DNA of 64,000 bases from a virus, in the IMG/VR virus record IMGVR_UViG_3300030098_006058, positions 1 through 64,000 of that record. One strand, written 5' to 3'. Positions 6,966 to 16,327 of the stretch are shown piece by piece; position 1 is the stretch's first letter, and each line of letters starts with the position of its first letter. Position numbers and translations under genes: made by a program. Below the pieces are notes generated by a model. It saw only the letters and a list, made by a program, of their open reading frames with translations. It did no database searches and had not been told where the DNA came from.

Positions 6966-7898
6966 ATGAAAAAATTACTACTTATATTATTTGCGTTTAT
7001 TAGCTCATTTGCTGTTGCGCAATTTGGACCCTTAGATGATTATGATTCGGATTATCTTAATTCTAATAACATGTGTGTGATATGTGCACAAGCAGAAGGA
7101 TTTTATTGTGGAGATGATCCAGCAAACTGGACACAATATGCACCAAATGGATGTGTGCAAAATTCATGGATTAATGATGGATGGGAAGATTGTGTAGATG
7201 CCAGCGATGAAAATGGTGCTGTTCCTACACTTATAGAAGATTGTGTTGTTGTTTCTGATTGTGACACAGTTTATGTAGATGTACCTGTTATTGAAATAGA
7301 TACAGTATTTGTAGATGTTCCATTTTATATCTATGAAACTGAATATATATTTGATACTATTGTAGAAACAGAGTATATAACTCAAGTTGTTATAGACACT
7401 GTTATTGATATACAATTAGATACTATATATAATACAGAGTATATAACCCAAATACTTTTTGATACTATAGTAGAGATTGAATATGAAACTATATTTGAAG
7501 AAATATTTGTTACAGATACATTGTGGATGGAAGGAGCACTAGACACTATGTTTATAGATGTAATAGAATATGTAGATGTATTTGTATTTGACACAATAAT
7601 TGAAACAGAAATTGAATATGTTGAGTTTTTTGTAACAGACACAATAATTCAATATGACACTATAGTGAACACAGAATATGTAGAAATATTTGTTGTGGAT
7701 ACAATTATAGAATATGTAGAAATAATTAATACAGAATATATTGATTGTGATACAGGTATGCCATGTAACTCTTCTATTAATGAATTATTAGATAAGTCAA
7801 AAGAAAATGGTTTAATTTATAATATTAAGGGACAAGCAATTAGAGAACCTGAAGGTTTATATATAGAAAATGGTAAAATAAAATATATGATAAAATAA
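6966..7898 (+). CDS. Secreted protein: LDL-receptor-A-like Cys motif, acidic DT(I/V) repeat stalk, T9SS-like C-terminal domain
   Basis: Signal peptide ending AVAQ; CVQNSWINDGWEDCVDASDE; many xDT[IV] repeats; C-terminus LIYNIKGQAIREPEGLYIENGKIKYMIK. Confidence 0.65.
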   Translation: MKKLLLILFAFISSFAVAQFGPLDDYDSDYLNSNNMCVICAQAEGFYCGDDPANWTQYAPNGCVQNSWINDGWEDCVDASDENGAVPTLIEDCVVVSDCDTVYVDVPVIEIDTVFVDVPFYIYETEYIFDTIVETEYITQVVIDTVIDIQLDTIYNTEYITQILFDTIVEIEYETIFEEIFVTDTLWMEGALDTMFIDVIEYVDVFVFDTIIETEIEYVEFFVTDTIIQYDTIVNTEYVEIFVVDTIIEYVEIINTEYIDCDTGMPCNSSINELLDKSKENGLIYNIKGQAIREPEGLYIENGKIKYMIK

Positions 7899-8242
7899 TG
7901 AAAAAAGAATTATCAGAAGATAGTAAATTTCAAATAAGTATAAAAACATTAATAGGAATTGTAGTAGGTGTAGCTACTGTAATCTCTGCATATTTTGGTT
8001 TAATGGGTACTATAAATTCTAAATTTGTAGAACTTGAAGATAAAGTTGAACAAGCTTTAGAAATGCCAAAACCAGGTACAGGAACTTATACTATTGATAT
8101 GGGAGATCCAGCAGCTACAAATACATGGCCTCCAACTCGTATGGAGTTTAATATGAAAGATCAAATGGCCCGTAATCAAATTGATATGCTAATAAAGGAG
8201 ATTGAGGAGATGAAGGAAGAAATTAAAGAATTAAGAAAATGA
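7898..8242 (+). CDS. Single-pass membrane protein with coiled coils
   Basis: TM segment TLIGIVVGVATVISAYFGL; heptad-patterned C-terminus. Confidence 0.75.
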   Translation: MKKELSEDSKFQISIKTLIGIVVGVATVISAYFGLMGTINSKFVELEDKVEQALEMPKPGTGTYTIDMGDPAATNTWPPTRMEFNMKDQMARNQIDMLIKEIEEMKEEIKELRK

Positions 8243-8610
8243 AAAAATTATATTGTCTAATATTATTAATATGTAATATTTGTATAGGACAGGACTTTAT
8301 TGATGAAAATAATTTCAACGAAAAAATCGCTAAAGATATTACAGCTGTAGAATTTTGGGCCGGATGGAATGTTCAAAATGAATTTAAAGAATTAAACAAA
8401 CTGAAAGAGTGTGTAGTATATAGAATAGATGTAACTTCTAATATAGATATTCAAACTAAATACAGTGTTACCGCTATACCAACAATAATTATATTTGATA
8501 ATGGTGTAGAGAAAGAAAGGTTCTTACCTAATATTATGTTTCAACTTGATGCTGATAAGAAAACAGTTCAACATTCTGTTGATACAATAAAGTTAAATAA
8601 ATTTCAATAA
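8239..8610 (+). CDS. Exported thioredoxin-fold protein lacking CxxC
   Basis: Signal peptide; VEFWAGWN in place of the usual DFWAxWCxxC; YSVTAIPTIIIFDNG cis-Pro motif. Confidence 0.75.
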   Translation: MKKLYCLILLICNICIGQDFIDENNFNEKIAKDITAVEFWAGWNVQNEFKELNKLKECVVYRIDVTSNIDIQTKYSVTAIPTIIIFDNGVEKERFLPNIMFQLDADKKTVQHSVDTIKLNKFQ

Positions 8611-8984
8611 TGTATAATTATAATGCAAAATTAGATAGAGTAGTTGACGGTGATACTGTTGACGCTGTTATTGATTTAGGCTTTAATGTCTATATTAAAA
8701 AAAGAATTAGATTAGCAGGTATAAATGCACCTGAATCTAGAACTAGAAATAAAGTAGAAAAGAAGTTAGGAATAGCTGCTAAAGAGAGATTAATAGATAT
8801 ATTAGATGGTGCAGCAAATTGTTTTGAATTAGAATCACAAGAACTTGGTAAATATGGTAGAGTTCTTGGTAGATTACATATAAATAAATTAGCTGGAAAA
8901 GAAACATTAACGCAGGTTTGTGTTAATGATCTCCTTGTAAAAGAGGGACATGCTGTCAAGTATGATGGCGGAAAACGTATATAA
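8610..8984 (+). CDS. Thermonuclease (SNase-like) family nuclease
   Basis: VVDGDT, IRLAGINAPE, KYGRVLG and VNDLLVKEGHA motifs. Confidence 0.9.
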   Translation: MYNYNAKLDRVVDGDTVDAVIDLGFNVYIKKRIRLAGINAPESRTRNKVEKKLGIAAKERLIDILDGAANCFELESQELGKYGRVLGRLHINKLAGKETLTQVCVNDLLVKEGHAVKYDGGKRI

Positions 8985-8998
8985 TTAAAAAATAAATT

Positions 8999-9214
8999 AT
9001 GATGAATATTTTTAAAGATTCCAATGACTGGAACGAAAAATCAATAATAGGTTTTATTGCTTTTGTAATAATGTGTATTGTTATGGTATTAGATCTTTCT
9101 ACTGGATGGTATGGTTATGATTTAGTAATTAACGAATTCGTATATGACTCATTTGTATGGGTTGTATTAGGGTGCTTTGGTATAAGTGGTGTTGAGAAAT
9201 TTGCTAAAAAATAA
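8999..9214 (+). CDS. Putative holin (two TM segments)
   Basis: Two hydrophobic helices and a basic C-terminus (EKFAKK). Confidence 0.55.
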   Translation: MMNIFKDSNDWNEKSIIGFIAFVIMCIVMVLDLSTGWYGYDLVINEFVYDSFVWVVLGCFGISGVEKFAKK

Positions 9215-11223
9215 TGAATCATTTTAGACTACAACCTTCTTTTGTTAATACCAGAGAATTCTCTTGCGAAGCTAAGAATTTTTTAAAGAATGGATATTAT
9301 ACCAATTCTCCTCCGGGTACTTATGCATATAAAGAATATTGGGATGAACAAACTAGAAGATGTTTAGAAGGTTTTGAAGTAGGTGGGGTCCGGATAACTG
9401 GACCTCATTATTTTTATTTAAATTTTACACAAATAAAAGCTACTGTAAAAAAAGGAAAATTGGAAAGAAAGGTTTTAACCTTTCCAAGTTTTCTGGATAT
9501 GGATTATTATTACTTTGATGAGTGCGAATTAGCAAGAGAAAATGGTCAAGGTATGATAGTAGCTAAAGCTCGTCGTAAAGGTTTTTCATACAAAAATGGT
9601 GCCTTATGCGTTCATCAATATAATTTTTTTAGAGATTCTACAAGTATTATTGGTGCATATTTAAATGAATATGGTGGAGCTACAATGGCCATGAGTTTAG
9701 AAATGATTAACTTTATTAATAAACATACAGCATGGGCTAAACGTAGAAATCCAGATCGAAGAGATTTTGTTAAAGCTAGATTTAAAGAAGTATTAGATGG
9801 GAAAGAAGTATGGAATGGATATAATAGTGAAATATTTACTTTAACATTTAAAGATAATTTCTCTGCAGCTATTGGTAAAACAGCTGATCTCATGTTATGG
9901 GAAGAGGCTGGTAAATTTCCTAATCTTATAAATGCATATATGATTACTGCTCCTGTATTTAGGGACGGTAATGTGATGATTGGGATGCCATTGATATTTG
10001 GAACAGGTGGTGATATGGATGGAGGATCAAATGATTTTGCTGAGATGTTTTATAATCCAGATAAATATTGGTTAAGACCATTTGAGAATATATGGGATGA
10101 AGGTGGAGCAGGAACTAATTGTGGATTCTTTATTGATGATATGTGGTACAAACCAGGAAAGGTAACTTTAAAATCAGGTGAAGTTGTAAAGATGGTAGAT
10201 GAAGAAGGTAATTCTAATAGAGATGCTGCAGAAGAGTTTTTAGATCAAGAAAGAAAAATTATTAAAACTACAGATTCTAGAACTACATGGGAGAAATATA
10301 TTACTCAATCTCCAAAGACTCCTAGAGAAGCTTTCTTAAGAAGTAGTGGAAATATATTCCCAACTATTGAATTGAATGCGTGGTTAGGAGAATTGGAAGT
10401 TACCAAAATAGCTCAAGATATGGCTATGATTGGAGAATTATATTGGGAAAAAGATGATATAAAGTGGATGCCTAATATTGAATTAAATCCTATAAATAAA
10501 TTTCCAATTAAAACAAATGATGATAGAACAGGATGTATTGTTATTTGGGAACATCCTTACAAGGACGCTTCGGGTAATATTCCATATGGATTATATATAG
10601 CTGGGACTGACCCTTACGATCAAGATGATTCTACTACTAGTTCATTAGGTAGTACTTTTATTTATAAGACTTTTCAAAAATTTGATAATACTTATAATAT
10701 ACCAGTAGCAGAATATACAGGTAGACCAGATACAGCAAAAGAATATTATGAAAATGTAAGAAAACTTCTTACATATTATAATGCACAAACATTATATGAG
10801 AACAATTTAAAGGGATTAAAAATATATTTTGAACAGAAGAAATGTTTACATTTATTAAAAGAACAACCAAATATATTAAAAGATATTGTTAATAGAACTA
10901 CAGTAAGTAGAGGTTATGGAGTTCATATGAGTGAACCAATTAAAGTTCAATGTGAATTATATCTTAGAGATTGGTTGTTAGAAAAAAGAGCAGATGGAGA
11001 AAAGGGAGATCAATTAAATTTACATACAATTTATTCAATTCCCTTAATACAAGAATTAATAGCATATGATCATAAAGAAGGTAATTTTGACCGTGCAATA
11101 GCATTTATGTTATGTATATTACATTCCCATGAAAACTATAATATTGATTTAGAAGCTAAATTTGACTTTAATATGGGAGATAAATTTTGGCGATCTTCAT
11201 TATTTAAGAAAAGAAAAAGATAA
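9214..11223 (+). CDS. terL: Terminase large subunit
   Basis: Walker A-like KARRKGFS, Walker B-like LWEEAG, motif III FGTGG, nuclease motifs GTDPYD and GNFDR; crAss-type N-terminus. Confidence 0.95.
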   Translation: MNHFRLQPSFVNTREFSCEAKNFLKNGYYTNSPPGTYAYKEYWDEQTRRCLEGFEVGGVRITGPHYFYLNFTQIKATVKKGKLERKVLTFPSFLDMDYYYFDECELARENGQGMIVAKARRKGFSYKNGALCVHQYNFFRDSTSIIGAYLNEYGGATMAMSLEMINFINKHTAWAKRRNPDRRDFVKARFKEVLDGKEVWNGYNSEIFTLTFKDNFSAAIGKTADLMLWEEAGKFPNLINAYMITAPVFRDGNVMIGMPLIFGTGGDMDGGSNDFAEMFYNPDKYWLRPFENIWDEGGAGTNCGFFIDDMWYKPGKVTLKSGEVVKMVDEEGNSNRDAAEEFLDQERKIIKTTDSRTTWEKYITQSPKTPREAFLRSSGNIFPTIELNAWLGELEVTKIAQDMAMIGELYWEKDDIKWMPNIELNPINKFPIKTNDDRTGCIVIWEHPYKDASGNIPYGLYIAGTDPYDQDDSTTSSLGSTFIYKTFQKFDNTYNIPVAEYTGRPDTAKEYYENVRKLLTYYNAQTLYENNLKGLKIYFEQKKCLHLLKEQPNILKDIVNRTTVSRGYGVHMSEPIKVQCELYLRDWLLEKRADGEKGDQLNLHTIYSIPLIQELIAYDHKEGNFDRAIAFMLCILHSHENYNIDLEAKFDFNMGDKFWRSSLFKKRKR

Positions 11224-11228
11224 AAATA

Positions 11229-11259
11229 TTTGGAAATAAGATAAATTTATATATTTTTG
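11229..11259 (+). promoter_or_regulatory. Bacteroidota sigma70-type promoter upstream of portal
   Basis: TTTG at 11229-11232 and TATTTTTG at 11252-11259. Confidence 0.7.
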
Positions 11260-11279
11260 TAAGTTAGAATAATACTATA

Positions 11280-13775
11280 ATGCAGGGATTAAATCAAAAT
11301 AACATATTAGAGGAGCTACCAAAACAGAAAATAGCTAAATCTAAAAAGGGAAAAAAATGGGGAAAAGCTTGTATAGATGAATTAGAAAAAGTTACATATA
11401 GTGACATGTCTTATAATGGACGATCCTCTAGATATAGAAAACAAATTAATTATGATTTGTATAACGGTGTTTTAGATCAGAATGATTTTGAATATGTAGT
11501 CAATCCTTATGGATTTAGTAAAGATGAATTCCCAGCTAACTTACAACATTATGATATAATATCTCCCAAATTACAACTTCTAATGGGGGAAGAAATTAAA
11601 AGACCTTTTAACTTTAGAGTTGTTTCTCATGATCCTGAATCTGTTTCTAAGATGGAAGAGGTGAAGAAAGAAATGATGATGGAATTTCTATATAGTGTAT
11701 TAGTACCACCACAAGTACAACAACAGCAACAACAAGAAATGATGCAGATGCAACAACAGGGAGCATCTGAAGAGGAGATGCAAATGGCACAGCCAAAAAC
11801 ACCTGCTCAAATAGAAAAATACATAGCATACGAATATCAAGATGTTAGAGAAAAACAAGGTCAAAATATTTTAGAATATCTAGTTAAAAATCAAAATATA
11901 GAAAATAAGTTCAATGCAGGATTTAAGGATGCTTTAATCGCAGGAGAAGAAATTTATTGGGTAGGCGAAGTTGCAGGTGAACCTGTAGTAAGAGTATGTA
12001 ATCCTTTAGACGTACGTGTTATATTAGATCCAGACTCACCTTGGATAGAAGATGCTCAATCTGTAGTAGAAGAAAGATGGTTAACATTAGCAACTGTTAT
12101 TGATGAATATCATGAATATTTAACTCCTCAAGAAATAGATAAATTAGAAAAAGGATGGGGAGGTAGAGATAGTTATATGGATAGTAACGGTGTTAATTAT
12201 CCATATTCAGAATTTAATATTGTTAATTATGATGCAAGAGGAACTTTTGATCCAGAGCATATTCGAAGTTATAGACGAGATGGTATGATTCGTGTTATAC
12301 AATGCGAATGGAAATCTATGCGTAAAGTAGGATTTATAACTTATAAAGATGAGATAGGATTTGAACAACAAGATATTGTAGATGAAATTTTTGAAGTACC
12401 AGAAGAAGCAGAAAAAAATAAAGATGGAGAATGGGTATTTGGAGGAATGCGTTTAAAATGGCATTGGATAAGTGAATATTGGGAAGGTACAAAAATAGCT
12501 GAAGATATTTATTTAAATATTAAGCCTAAAGAAAACCAAAGAAGAGATATGGATAATCCTAGTAATGTCAAATCTGGATATGTAGGATATATTTATAATG
12601 AAAGAAATTCAGAATCTATTTCCTTGATAGATCGTATGAAACCATATCAGTATTTGTATAATATTATTTATTATCGAACTGAATTAGCTTTAGCAAAATC
12701 AAAAGGTAAAGTGGCTTTAATGGATATTTCACAAATACCTTCATCAGAAGGATGGGACGTTTCTAAGTGGATGTACTATCTAGAAGCTGTAGGTGTGATG
12801 TTTATTAACTCCAGAGAGGAGGGGAATAGATCCCAGCAAGCCCCGCAATTTAATCAATTCCAATCTATTGATCTTTCTATGGGTAATTATATTAATACTC
12901 ATGTCCAACTATTAGATCAAATCAAAAATGAGATTGGAGAACTCTCTGGAGTTTCTAGACAAAGACAAGGACAGGTTCAAACTTCTGAACTTGTAGGAAA
13001 TACTGAACGAGCTGTTGTTCAGTCTTCTCATATTACAGAATATTGGTTTTATAATCATAGTGAAGTTAAAAGAAAAGTATTACAAGCATTAATCGATGTA
13101 GCAAAAATGGCTTGGAAGAGTGGTAAGAAAATTCAATATATTATGGATGACATGAGTCGAGTATTTCTTAATCTAGAAACTGATGATTTTTCTAGTACTA
13201 ATTATGGAGTATTTGTTTCTAATTCTGGTAAAGATGATAGAGCAGTAGATTCAATGAGACAATTAGCTCAACAAGCTCTTCAAGCAGGAGTAACTAATTT
13301 CTCAGATGTAGCAAGTATTATGCAGTCAGAATCATTAGGTGATATGAAACGAAAACTAGTAGATGCAGAAAATAAAATGCAACAAAAACAAGCTGAAGAT
13401 GGTCAAAGACAACAACAGATGCAGCAACAAGCAGCTCAATTAGCGCAGCAAACAGAACAAATGAAGCAAGATAGAGAAGATGCACGTGCTCAATTAGAAG
13501 CAGATACTAAGATTAGAGTGGCAGAGATTAATGCTGAAGCTAGGTTAGCTGATCAAGATGATAATAATGATGGTTATATTGATATACAAAATCGAGATAA
13601 TGATGTTAAATTAGAATCAGATAAAGAAAAAATAAATTTACAACGAGAAAAACAACAAGCAGAACTTGGATTGAAACAGCAAGAAATGGAAGAAAAGAAA
13701 AGAGCTAACCAAGCTAATGAGCAAATAAAAAGAACTGCTGCAAATAAGAAACCTAATGCCGGAGGATCCAAATAA
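11280..13775 (+). CDS. Portal protein (crAss/P22-like)
   Basis: Follows TerL; LPKQK, NYDLYNG, LMGEEIKRPF and GVSRQRQGQV motifs; Q-rich coiled-coil barrel. Confidence 0.92.
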   Translation: MQGLNQNNILEELPKQKIAKSKKGKKWGKACIDELEKVTYSDMSYNGRSSRYRKQINYDLYNGVLDQNDFEYVVNPYGFSKDEFPANLQHYDIISPKLQLLMGEEIKRPFNFRVVSHDPESVSKMEEVKKEMMMEFLYSVLVPPQVQQQQQQEMMQMQQQGASEEEMQMAQPKTPAQIEKYIAYEYQDVREKQGQNILEYLVKNQNIENKFNAGFKDALIAGEEIYWVGEVAGEPVVRVCNPLDVRVILDPDSPWIEDAQSVVEERWLTLATVIDEYHEYLTPQEIDKLEKGWGGRDSYMDSNGVNYPYSEFNIVNYDARGTFDPEHIRSYRRDGMIRVIQCEWKSMRKVGFITYKDEIGFEQQDIVDEIFEVPEEAEKNKDGEWVFGGMRLKWHWISEYWEGTKIAEDIYLNIKPKENQRRDMDNPSNVKSGYVGYIYNERNSESISLIDRMKPYQYLYNIIYYRTELALAKSKGKVALMDISQIPSSEGWDVSKWMYYLEAVGVMFINSREEGNRSQQAPQFNQFQSIDLSMGNYINTHVQLLDQIKNEIGELSGVSRQRQGQVQTSELVGNTERAVVQSSHITEYWFYNHSEVKRKVLQALIDVAKMAWKSGKKIQYIMDDMSRVFLNLETDDFSSTNYGVFVSNSGKDDRAVDSMRQLAQQALQAGVTNFSDVASIMQSESLGDMKRKLVDAENKMQQKQAEDGQRQQQMQQQAAQLAQQTEQMKQDREDARAQLEADTKIRVAEINAEARLADQDDNNDGYIDIQNRDNDVKLESDKEKINLQREKQQAELGLKQQEMEEKKRANQANEQIKRTAANKKPNAGGSK

Positions 13776-16218
13776 AAAGATAAATCTAAATTTACCTCAA
13801 TTTAAATCTAAGAAAAATAGTAGATTATTTTTTATGGGTGAGCGTGGGAATAGACATGGAGGAATACATGAGGAAACTTTTATGGGTGCAAGATGGACAA
13901 CAGATCTTCCTATATCTGATCGTGTATCTTTTTCTCCAACTGTAACAGCAGGAAAGGTTAATGTGGACATACCTCCTATTCGTCATGCTCATGTTCCTGG
14001 TGAAATTAATAAATTTAGATTTCCTATTTTAGGTGGGGGTATAAAAATAAAATTAGGTAAAAAATATGGAGGTGATAATATAAGTTCTAATAAAGCTGCT
14101 AAAATTTTAGATCATGGTTATATTAGAAATAAACCTCTAACATTTAAACAAAGGGCTTTCTTTGGTTCTAAGCTTAATCGTGCATATGGAGGATTAATTA
14201 AAAAATATGAAAATGGTGGAGACATAAATACTCAAATTCCTTTAAATATTCAACCACAAGATAAACTAATAAAACCTAAAGATATTAAAATGAGAGGTAG
14301 TAGTAAATATACTATTGATTCAGATTATTATTATAGGAATAGAAAAAATGCAAAAATTATTAAACCTGTTCAAAATTTTTTAATACAACAAGGTTTTTTA
14401 TCAGAAGGTGATAATGATGGATTTTGGGGAACTCAAACAGAAGGAGCTTTACAGGATTATATTACAGATCAACATATATCTAATTTTGAATGGGGAGAAA
14501 ATTTTACTCCTTCTTCTGACTTTCTTAGAAAGAAAGTATTTACTGAAAGTGGGGGATATTCTGATGTAAAATCTTCAGCGGGGGCTTTAGGATTAATGCA
14601 ATTTATGCCAAAGAATGTTAAAGAATTTCAAAAAGATGGAAGATATTTTGATGAAGTTAGAACAGGATGGTCTGCTTCAAATAATGCGGATGCTATTTTA
14701 GGCTCTCAATTATATATAAGAGATTTAGCAGAAAATTATGGAATCATAACTCCAAATATGAATCAAAAAACAAAAGAAGCATTTTTAAATATAGCTTATA
14801 ATTGGAGTCCTGATGGTGCTATGTATTTAAGAGATCATCTTAAAACATTAACATATCCATCTGGAGAGAAAAAAGGACAGAAAGTTGATATTAATGATGT
14901 TAATTATTGGTTACCATATATAGAAAAAAATAGAGGTTTTGAAGGGGGATGGAGATATTTAAAAGATAAAGCAGGTGAACCTATATATAAAAAACATTGG
15001 TGGACAGCTGAAGAAATAAAAGCAGAAAAAAATCCGGAAAAGAAGAAAAAGATGAGAGGAGGATGGAAATGGACTAAACAATATGAGTTGGATGATAAAG
15101 GAGAAAAAATTCCTGCTTCATGGTATGTACCCACAGAGACTACAAATTATGCTAGAATATCTCATGGTATGGCAGATCCAAGTAATGAGAAAGTTACAAA
15201 AAAATTATCTGATTTAAAAGATTGGAATTATGAATTAAGCGACTTAATAAGAAATCCTATATATAAGAAAGAATGGGGAGGATATAGTCAAAGCCATCTT
15301 TCAAGACTTTTAGAACAAGGAGGTGATCCAGGTAAAACTGAACCGCCAGAAAATTCATATCCTGAATTAACTGGTAAAAATTTAGAAAGTTTTAATGAGA
15401 TAACAAAATGGGAACCTGATGAGGTGAAAGATATATTATATAAAACTTGGCTAAATACAGGAAAACCTAAGTTATCGACTGAAGGGTTGTTTGGGATGTT
15501 CCCGGGTAGTTATAATGTATACACGAATAAGATTAGAGCTGCTGATACTGAAACTCTTGTAGAAGAATTAAAACATGCATATCAATTTAGAGGAGATAAA
15601 AGAACAGGTGATCAAGACAATTCACTTAAAAGTAAAATAAAATCTAAGCTATTTCATCACGGTCGAGGACCTTTTCAACTTGTAGGCACATTACTGGGAG
15701 CACCTTATCAACTAAGTAGAGTTCTGGGTTTAAACAAGAACTTCAGAAAAAATCTTTATAATCCTTATAAAAAAACGGAAGGAGTAGAAGGGATTCATGA
15801 TCAATTCGGTGCTTATGGTCATGCGTGGGGACACGGATTAGAAAGTAATGTAAATAGAGCAAGAAATAAAGCTATATATCGTGAAATTAAAGAAGCTCAA
15901 GAAAACGAAGATTGGGAGAAAGAACTTAACTTAAAAACCAGACTTTATTCACTATCAAATCCCATAGATTCTGCTTCGTTTCGCTTAAATAGTACCCCTA
16001 ACCTTCAGGAACGGACTGATAATTCTCATCTTAACCCCAGAAAAAATTGGTTAGAGGTGGATAATTTTACTACATGGGATCCTGAAAATAAAGAACCGTT
16101 GGGAATAGCAAAAGAGATGTTTGAAGATTCATATGAAAATAAATTATATAATTTTTTATATAATAGAAATACAATAGATGATCTTAATCTATATCAAGAT
16201 TCAAAATATTGGGAATAA
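13756..16218 (+). CDS. Multidomain virion protein with peptidoglycan-binding and lytic transglycosylase domains
   Basis: VQNFL...DGFWGTQTEGALQDY (PG-binding); TES...SSAGALGLMQFMP...AYN...ETTNY (SLT motifs); repeated xxGG motifs. Confidence 0.8.
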   Translation: MPEDPNKKINLNLPQFKSKKNSRLFFMGERGNRHGGIHEETFMGARWTTDLPISDRVSFSPTVTAGKVNVDIPPIRHAHVPGEINKFRFPILGGGIKIKLGKKYGGDNISSNKAAKILDHGYIRNKPLTFKQRAFFGSKLNRAYGGLIKKYENGGDINTQIPLNIQPQDKLIKPKDIKMRGSSKYTIDSDYYYRNRKNAKIIKPVQNFLIQQGFLSEGDNDGFWGTQTEGALQDYITDQHISNFEWGENFTPSSDFLRKKVFTESGGYSDVKSSAGALGLMQFMPKNVKEFQKDGRYFDEVRTGWSASNNADAILGSQLYIRDLAENYGIITPNMNQKTKEAFLNIAYNWSPDGAMYLRDHLKTLTYPSGEKKGQKVDINDVNYWLPYIEKNRGFEGGWRYLKDKAGEPIYKKHWWTAEEIKAEKNPEKKKKMRGGWKWTKQYELDDKGEKIPASWYVPTETTNYARISHGMADPSNEKVTKKLSDLKDWNYELSDLIRNPIYKKEWGGYSQSHLSRLLEQGGDPGKTEPPENSYPELTGKNLESFNEITKWEPDEVKDILYKTWLNTGKPKLSTEGLFGMFPGSYNVYTNKIRAADTETLVEELKHAYQFRGDKRTGDQDNSLKSKIKSKLFHHGRGPFQLVGTLLGAPYQLSRVLGLNKNFRKNLYNPYKKTEGVEGIHDQFGAYGHAWGHGLESNVNRARNKAIYREIKEAQENEDWEKELNLKTRLYSLSNPIDSASFRLNSTPNLQERTDNSHLNPRKNWLEVDNFTTWDPENKEPLGIAKEMFEDSYENKLYNFLYNRNTIDDLNLYQDSKYWE

Positions 16219-16277
16219 TAAAATTATATAAACCGCTATAATAAATCATAAAAAAGATTGAAAAAGCATTAAAAAAA

Positions 16278-16308
16278 GTTGTTAATGAAGAATAAAATAA
16301 TATTTTTG
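16278..16308 (+). promoter_or_regulatory. Bacteroidota sigma70-type promoter upstream of scaffold/MCP
   Basis: GTTG at 16278-16281 and TATTTTTG at 16301-16308. Confidence 0.65.
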
Positions 16309-16327
16309 TAAATTGTAAATAAATTAA

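Noticed and set aside
11715-11790. CAA/CAG-rich stretch as a DNA microsatellite or phase-variation tract
   Set aside because: Mixed codons encode a poly-Gln loop in the portal; it is not a pure tandem repeat.
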